DNA from: Bacteroidota bacterium
GTDB taxonomy: Bacteria > Bacteroidota > Bacteroidia > UKL13-3
Assembly: GCA_027488905.1 (NCBI GenBank)
Contig: JAIYAT010000010.1
Coordinates: 21,061-85,060, forward strand
Length of the DNA stretch: 64,000 nt
Direction of reading: 5' to 3'
Below, piece after piece: positions 57,861-64,000 of the stretch; the first letter of the stretch is position 1, and each line of letters starts with the position of its first letter. The notes below the pieces were generated by a model. The model was not told where the DNA came from and made no database searches. It saw only the letters and a program-made list of their open reading frames with translations. The position numbers were made by a program, and so were the translations under genes.

Positions 57861-60800
57861 ATGAAACAGTTTAAAGTGCTTTTGTTAAGTCTCCTTTTTG
57901 GTAAAATCCTTTTCGCTCAGACTTCAATTTCGGTTCAACCCGCCATAAAAATTAAAGGAAAGGTTGTTTCTGATATTTTAGTGCCAGGCCACGAGTTTGT
58001 TTATTTGTTTACCAATTACGAGTTACACAATAAAGATTCTGCCCTCATACAATTTGATAGCACTTTTGAATTTTCCATTGCCAATTCTTCTATGCCATTG
58101 GCATTTTCTGTGTCCTATAAAAATAGCGTTTCTTGTGCACTTTTGCCTAAAATAGGGGAGATAAACCTGCAAGTTGTCAAACAAGAATACCCTGTGAAAG
58201 ATGATAAGAGGAAAGTGGTTTCTCAAAATGATTATCAATTTTATCACCTAGAAAACTTGGTAAAACTTCCCATGACTTTGGTAGAAAACAAGAGTTTTGC
58301 CTTACTCGATTCGGTTGATTTTAATAAGGATTTGCAGCATTTGCTAGATTCGGCCACCAATGTTTTGCGCATTTACCAAGATTCTTTGCATCCTTTGGTT
58401 TATAAAGAATTTGAACGTTGGCTAAATCTAAATTCGCAAATTGCATATCTGGATTTTGCCTTATTAAAAAGGCTTCATCAAAAAGAGAAAACCTTTGATA
58501 GGGTGTCTATAGATTATACCAAAGCAGCTAGGCGATTATTGTTAGACAGCAATCAATTGAGCTTTGCCAAATGGGCACGAATCATGCTAAATGTGAGGGT
58601 TCAAGCCTTAGAAGCGATAGACTTTCAAACGTCTCGGTTCAACCCATTTGAATACCAATGCGAACAAATTAACATGGAAGTTTTGCGCAAGGCTTCTCCA
58701 CAATCAGATGGTTTAAACTGTGACTATGGCTTGGTGGGTGCGGTAAGTTTTTATTTAATCCAAGAACAATATCAATCGGGTTGGCTCATACCACCTAGGT
58801 TCGAAAAATTGAGTTATTTCTCTAATAAGTATGCCATTGTGGTTTATAATGGTAGGGTAGGCGTGATAGATGCTTGCCAGAATTTTACGGTTCAGCCCAA
58901 TTACAGTGTATTAAAAGAGTTTAAGGTTTATAAAAACGACTCTTTACCGCCTTTGTACATTTTTAGAGGCGCTAAAAACTATGGATTATTAGACCATACG
59001 GGCAGGCAGTTGTTAGAAGAAAACTATGATTATCTTTTTCAGTTAGATGCCGCTAGATTGGCATATCGACCTATCAACGGCAATAAATTTGGGATGATGG
59101 ATACCAATGGAAAAATAATAATGACACCAAAGTATGATATATTTTACTCTGGTAACATGATGCCAGGATATTTTAAAGTATCTAACCAACATCCGTTTCT
59201 AAAAGTGAAAAGGCGTTTGGATGGTGAGCGTTTTTTTAAACCTGCCGAGTTAATTGGCTTAATAGATTCGCTAGGCAATGAAATTGTAAAGCCAGGCTGG
59301 AATGATTTTAATTATATGTATATGTCATACGGCTTAGCAGATGGCATAAATTGGATTGGGAAGAAGTATCATGTATTGAGTAGAACCCTTAGCACTAAGA
59401 AGTTTGGATACATTAGTAGCAATGGCTTTTTTATACTTAAACCTATTTATAAAAATATTTTTTCTGCCACCAAGAGTGGTCAATACGTAGTTGCAAAAAA
59501 GGCTAAGAAGTACTATATTTATTTTCATCATCAGCCTAGCAAAGCACCTATAAAAGTAGATTATTTTTCGAAACAGTTTCACGGAAACGCAACTTTTAGA
59601 ATGGATAATAAGTTTTACTTAATAGATAGTGCAGGCAATTTTGAAAAATATGGCTCATTTGATTCGTTTCGATTATCGTTTGAAATAGAGGGTGACAAGA
59701 GTGTAGTACTTTTGGTACGCTCAGGGAAATGGGGTTTGTTTTCTATGCAAAAAATGGATTGGGTGTTGGCTCCACAATGGGAGAGAATGAGTGCCAATTG
59801 GAAAGGCTTTTATGCAGAAAAAGAGGGTAAGATGGGATTTATAGATGCCAGGAGTTTAAAGCAACCTGCTGCTTATTATGATACCGTTTTTCAGCGTTCA
59901 ATGGGTTATTATGAAGCGCGATTAGGCAATCAAAAAATTATTTTAGACAGCAATGGTAACAAGATTTTTGAAAGTGATGCCGATGAAGTGTATCATTTGA
60001 ATACAGGCTATTTTGGAGACAGTAATTTTGTAGTAAAACGAGGCAAGCAATTATTTACCACAAATGGCATACAAGAAACGCCTTTGGTTTCGGATAGGGT
60101 AAGTTTGTATTATTTATTCAGTACAAGAAACAATCTTGGTACTTTGGTAAGCAAAAAGGGCTATATCCTTGGGTCCACCGATAGTAAAGACATAGGTAAC
60201 CGAGATTATGATTATGATGATGAAGTCCAGCAAAATCCAGATTTAGGAAATGGAAATTGGCTTATTTATAGCAATGGTTTTGAGATGGTGATTGATGAAG
60301 AAGCTAATGTTAAAATTCCCAATAATTATAGATCTATTGTGCCCTATATTTCTGTGTTTGGCAACTATCAACAAGTGGCAGATTTTAATGTAAATTTAGA
60401 AGATTCACTCAAGGAGAGAAGGTATCTGGTAAGAAGTAAAACCTATTATCAAGGCTTATACGATGCCCAGTTTAATTTGGTTTTAGATACCCTTTATTGG
60501 GACATTAACTTTAGGAAAAGTTTGGTAATGGCTAGCCTTAAAAAGGGATTGTATATTAAAGACTCAAATTTTAGGGACATTACATTTATTAAAGATGGAA
60601 GGGCCTCTACAGACCTTCAAGGTGATAGAGTTACGGTCATATTTGACAATAGCAAAAGGGGAGTTTATCAACTATCCAAAGGTCTTATTTTAAAACCTAA
60701 TTATGAGGAAATTATTATGGAGCCAAATGGGATAATACTAGCTGCTAAAAATTCTAATAACTATGATCAACCTTTGGTTCAAATATTTGATGCTAAGGGC

Positions 60801-61589
60801 AAGCGATTGTCTAGAAAACGTTATACTTTCGAAAGTCAGGGTTTAGGAATTACTACCTTAACATTAGACGATAACTTTAGCTATTTGATTGCATCCAATG
60901 GCAAGCAGATTTTAATGAGCCAAAAATATAATACTGTCAGCGCTCGCGTGCCCCAGTTTACAAGCTATCTTAGTCAAACCGACACCTTAAATTATTACCG
61001 ATTAATAGATATAGGTAGTATCTTAAATACAGTTAAATTTACCAAAATAGATGAAAGCGATTTTTCTGTAAAAGTAGTTAACGATAATAGACTTTCAGAC
61101 GCAAACAAAGATGTTATCAACCAAATACTCTACGAAACCAGAAATCTCAAGAACATGGATATCACCGTATTTGATACCTCTATTTCTAAAATACAAGTGC
61201 AAGTTGAAGCCACAGACAACTGGGGTCAAAACACCTATCTGCGTCATAAAACTTATTATTTTAGTGCCGACAGTATATATCGAATTAATGCTTTCGATCT
61301 CATTTTGGAAAGCACTCAAATTACTTTTGCCACCAATTTTGTAAGCGAGATTACCAAGGATAAAAATGTGAAATGGAATGCTTGCGTAAAACCCGAAAGG
61401 TTGTTTTCACACTTGCGATTTGATGTAGATTTTAATGCACAAGGAATGCGCTTTTTAACCTATAGTTTTGAAGACATCAATGGAAGTCCTTCTAAAAAAG
61501 AAGTTTTTTACACTTGGCAAGAACTAGCGCCTTACCTCAATAAAGACTATGTTCTCACAAAAAGATTTCTCGGTTTGAACCAAAAGTGA
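57861..61589 (+). CDS. Large exported WG-repeat protein
   Basis: Signal peptide; recurring YGLLD..G, FGMMD.NG, GLID..G, WGLF, GFID motifs. Confidence 0.8.
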   Translation: MKQFKVLLLSLLFGKILFAQTSISVQPAIKIKGKVVSDILVPGHEFVYLFTNYELHNKDSALIQFDSTFEFSIANSSMPLAFSVSYKNSVSCALLPKIGEINLQVVKQEYPVKDDKRKVVSQNDYQFYHLENLVKLPMTLVENKSFALLDSVDFNKDLQHLLDSATNVLRIYQDSLHPLVYKEFERWLNLNSQIAYLDFALLKRLHQKEKTFDRVSIDYTKAARRLLLDSNQLSFAKWARIMLNVRVQALEAIDFQTSRFNPFEYQCEQINMEVLRKASPQSDGLNCDYGLVGAVSFYLIQEQYQSGWLIPPRFEKLSYFSNKYAIVVYNGRVGVIDACQNFTVQPNYSVLKEFKVYKNDSLPPLYIFRGAKNYGLLDHTGRQLLEENYDYLFQLDAARLAYRPINGNKFGMMDTNGKIIMTPKYDIFYSGNMMPGYFKVSNQHPFLKVKRRLDGERFFKPAELIGLIDSLGNEIVKPGWNDFNYMYMSYGLADGINWIGKKYHVLSRTLSTKKFGYISSNGFFILKPIYKNIFSATKSGQYVVAKKAKKYYIYFHHQPSKAPIKVDYFSKQFHGNATFRMDNKFYLIDSAGNFEKYGSFDSFRLSFEIEGDKSVVLLVRSGKWGLFSMQKMDWVLAPQWERMSANWKGFYAEKEGKMGFIDARSLKQPAAYYDTVFQRSMGYYEARLGNQKIILDSNGNKIFESDADEVYHLNTGYFGDSNFVVKRGKQLFTTNGIQETPLVSDRVSLYYLFSTRNNLGTLVSKKGYILGSTDSKDIGNRDYDYDDEVQQNPDLGNGNWLIYSNGFEMVIDEEANVKIPNNYRSIVPYISVFGNYQQVADFNVNLEDSLKERRYLVRSKTYYQGLYDAQFNLVLDTLYWDINFRKSLVMASLKKGLYIKDSNFRDITFIKDGRASTDLQGDRVTVIFDNSKRGVYQLSKGLILKPNYEEIIMEPNGIILAAKNSNNYDQPLVQIFDAKGKRLSRKRYTFESQGLGITTLTLDDNFSYLIASNGKQILMSQKYNTVSARVPQFTSYLSQTDTLNYYRLIDIGSILNTVKFTKIDESDFSVKVVNDNRLSDANKDVINQILYETRNLKNMDITVFDTSISKIQVQVEATDNWGQNTYLRHKTYYFSADSIYRINAFDLILESTQITFATNFVSEITKDKNVKWNACVKPERLFSHLRFDVDFNAQGMRFLTYSFEDINGSPSKKEVFYTWQELAPYLNKDYVLTKRFLGLNQK

Positions 61590-61641
61590 TTGCTAAGTTT
61601 TGCTGAATCCTTAGATTTGAACTTATCCAACTTAATGGCCA

Positions 61642-64000
61642 ATGAAAACTTTTAAACTTATAGTTCTTATTTTCTTATGCTCTTTTCAATTATTTGCACA
61701 AGAATCAATCATCAAAGGCAAAATAGCAGCTTCTGGCATTATTGCTGGGAGAGGTAAGGTTATTTTATCTATTACACATAATGGTAATACCACTTATGAT
61801 TCTTGCTTATTTGGTCTCGACAGCAGCTATATTTTTAAAGCCAAATTAAAAGGATTTTCATTAATAGAAATGCGTTATGAGCCTGGTGCTCATTACCTCG
61901 ACAGTTATTTACTCCTTCCTGGTGAAAGCCTCAACCTTCATGAAAATACCACTGAGGCGGAAAGTGAATTTGCTGCAAAAGTCTTGTCTAGGGGCAACAA
62001 CCTATTTAATGCCCTAGAAGCTTTTGAAGAATTTGATAACGCCTATAATTATGGCTTATTAGACTCAATTGCTTTCAATGAAAAATTACTTGCTGCAAAA
62101 GAAATTGCTATTGAAGCCATAAAAAATGGGCAAGACACTTTGCCGCCCAACTTGTTGCAGCTTGCCTTAAATTCCATTGAATTAAAGTCGGCAGAAATCT
62201 ATTTGAACTATGCTTATTTAGGTCGGTTTCAACAAAAAACTAAAACTTTAAATGCCGTTTCACCCTGGTTTATTGAACCCATTAAGCAGGTCTCCAAATT
62301 AGATGCTTTCCCCAATACCGAATTCCATGAAATCAAAACGAAGATAAATGATAGGCTTGCCGAATTGGTTAAGGTAAACTTTGAAACAGAAAAGTTAAGT
62401 CCGGCTTACAAAATATTAAATCATTCTTTTGGGATGGAGGTTGCCTTGGTCATGCACCAAGTATTTCCAAAGTCGGATGGACCTAATTGCAACTATGGCT
62501 ATGCGGCTGCGGCACAAGGTATTTTCATTCATAATGATTTTTATGAGGAAGGAAGTTCTGCCCCAGAAGGATGGCTAATTTCTCCTCAATTCGAACGTGC
62601 ATTTGAATTTAAAAAAGATGGTTATGCCATTGTGTTAGATGGTATGCATTATAAACTCATCAATGTCTTGGGTCAAACCGTGCTACAAAACGGCTTTGAG
62701 GATTTAATTTACTATGATTCTGGAATCTACATTGCCAGAAAATATGATAAGTACGGACTGATTTATGCCGATGGTAAAGCAATCATAGACTATCAATACC
62801 AAGCTTTAAATCCACTTGGCAATGATTTGTTCGCGTTCAGGTTTACGGGCAGTCCGTTTATGGGCATGATAGACATCAAAGGAAATGAAATTGTTAAACC
62901 AAAATATGGCTATATCAAACCTTTCGATGGCAGAGAATATGCAATAACTGTTGTGTTTGATGATAAGAAATGGACACCCAATCGTATCAATGGCAATAAA
63001 TTGAAAATGCCAGGGGAGAAGTTTGGGGTCATCGATAGAAATGGCAAAGAAATAATGCAACCAGGTTGGTATAGCATTGTGCCGCAATCACATAGTCAAG
63101 TCCAAAACTTTCCTTTGGTTGTATACAAGCGCACGTATAACAGCTTGTTTCGCAAATTTAGGATTGCAAACGACTTTCAAATGTTGGCTCAAACCGGAAC
63201 CCTATATGCTTGGAACAAGCGTTACCCATCCCTAAATCTGCCTGGTAAACAGTATTACTTTGCTTCTAATTTAAGCGAATCTGTTTTGCGTAAAACAGAT
63301 GGTTCTGTACAAAGCAAACCTTTTCGCTTAGATTATAACGGACTCAGCTCAATTGGTGATGATTACTTTATTGTGAGAATCCAAGATAAGTATGACCTTT
63401 TGCTAAAAGATGCATCAGGTGCTTTGCAAATAGATACCTTTCAAAGTATTGAACAAATTGAAAACAACTATGATTATGAATACAATGAAAATAACGCTAA
63501 CAACTCTTTGTTTAGGCTAATAAAAGACAATTGTCAAGGAATCATTAATTCAAATGGTAAAGTTGTATTGCCAAGCATTTATGATGATATTGAAAGTTTT
63601 GACTCATTGCTAGTGGTGAGTTTTAAGGATAAGTTTGCTGTTTTTGATACAACAGGTAAGCAGCTAACACCATTTGCTTATGATAAAGTGTATATATATT
63701 CTGATGTGCTAGGATTACTAGCCTTTGAAAAAGAGGGAAGCACTCAAATTTGTGATAGAAGCTTTAAGGTAATTTTTGAAGCGCCAGCTAAGGACATTTG
63801 GCTGGATGGAGCTTCATCGCTTGAAATTTGCAATTGGAGCTATTTAAAAGATGGCTTGCTTTGGCAATACAATAGACAAGAACATGTATTGCCTTTCAAG
63901 GATACATTGCATTATAGGTATTTAACCATGGGAGGAAGCTTAAGCACCCATATCGTAAATAAAAACGGTAGGTGGTTAGGAACTAGGGAATTTGAAGAAA
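61642..64000 (+). CDS. Second WG-repeat protein, paralog of 57861-61589 (runs off window end)
   Basis: MKTFKLIVLIFLCSFQLFAQ; PKSDGPNCNYG vs PQSDGLNCDYG, GWLISPQFE vs GWLIPPRFE; no stop seen in the stretches translated. Confidence 0.75.
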   Translation, partial: MKTFKLIVLIFLCSFQLFAQESIIKGKIAASGIIAGRGKVILSITHNGNTTYDSCLFGLDSSYIFKAKLKGFSLIEMRYEPGAHYLDSYLLLPGESLNLHENTTEAESEFAAKVLSRGNNLFNALEAFEEFDNAYNYGLLDSIAFNEKLLAAKEIAIEAIKNGQDTLPPNLLQLALNSIELKSAEIYLNYAYLGRFQQKTKTLNAVSPWFIEPIKQVSKLDAFPNTEFHEIKTKINDRLAELVKVNFETEKLSPAYKILNHSFGMEVALVMHQVFPKSDGPNCNYGYAAAAQGIFIHNDFYEEGSSAPEGWLISPQFERAFEFKKDGYAIVLDGMHYKLINVLGQTVLQNGFEDLIYYDSGIYIARKYDKYGLIYADGKAIIDYQYQALNPLGNDLFAFRFTGSPFMGMIDIKGNEIVKPKYGYIKPFDGREYAITVVFDDKKWTPNRINGNKLKMPGEKFGVIDRNGKEIMQPGWYSIVPQSHSQVQNFPLVVYKRTYNSLFRKFRIANDFQMLAQTGTLYAWNKRYPSLNLPGKQYYFASNLSESVLRKTDGSVQSKPFRLDYNGLSSIGDDYFIVRIQDKYDLLLKDASGALQIDTFQSIEQIENNYDYEYNENNANNSLFRLIKDNCQGIINSNGKVVLPSIYDDIESFDSLLVVSFKDKFAVFDTTGKQLTPFAYDKVYIYSDVLGLLAFEKEGSTQICDRSFKVIFEAPAKDIWLDGASSLEICNWSYLKDGLLWQYNRQEHVLPFKDTLHYRYLTMGGSLSTHIVNKNGRWLGTREFEE

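Overview
AT-rich chromosomal window from a Bacteroidota bacterium. The assignment rests on a T9SS C-terminal domain protein, an S46 peptidase, Omp28-like proteins, WG-repeat proteins and TAnnTTTG promoter boxes. Positions 1-31.5 kb and 47-64 kb hold ordinary housekeeping and envelope genes (rsgA start, LicD/cytidylyltransferase/ABC locus, fmt, gmhB, an ECF-controlled YHS/DoxX/YceI/DinB/NRDE/ATP-grasp operon, rsfS, birA, coaX, lptC, a LytS/LytTR pair, sucA, rfbA). The main signal is at 32.5-45.4 kb. Eleven co-oriented minus-strand gene cassettes are each followed by a 128-143 bp hairpin site (one truncated) bounded by AAC...GTT. The 15 bp outside these cores pair across each cassette rather than within each site, with an invariant G.T at position 11 in all 11 cassettes. 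The array ends in a hairpin-less attI-like junction at 45405. This is the footprint of an integron-like cassette-capture system with non-canonical site geometry, and no integrase is visible in the window. Beside it are a 12 x 22 bp tandem repeat and an unknown helical protein. A near-palindromic decamer GGTTTGAACC/GGTTCAAACC is strongly over-represented across the window. No rRNA, tRNA or CRISPR array was recognised. All product calls come from motif recognition by eye, not database searches.
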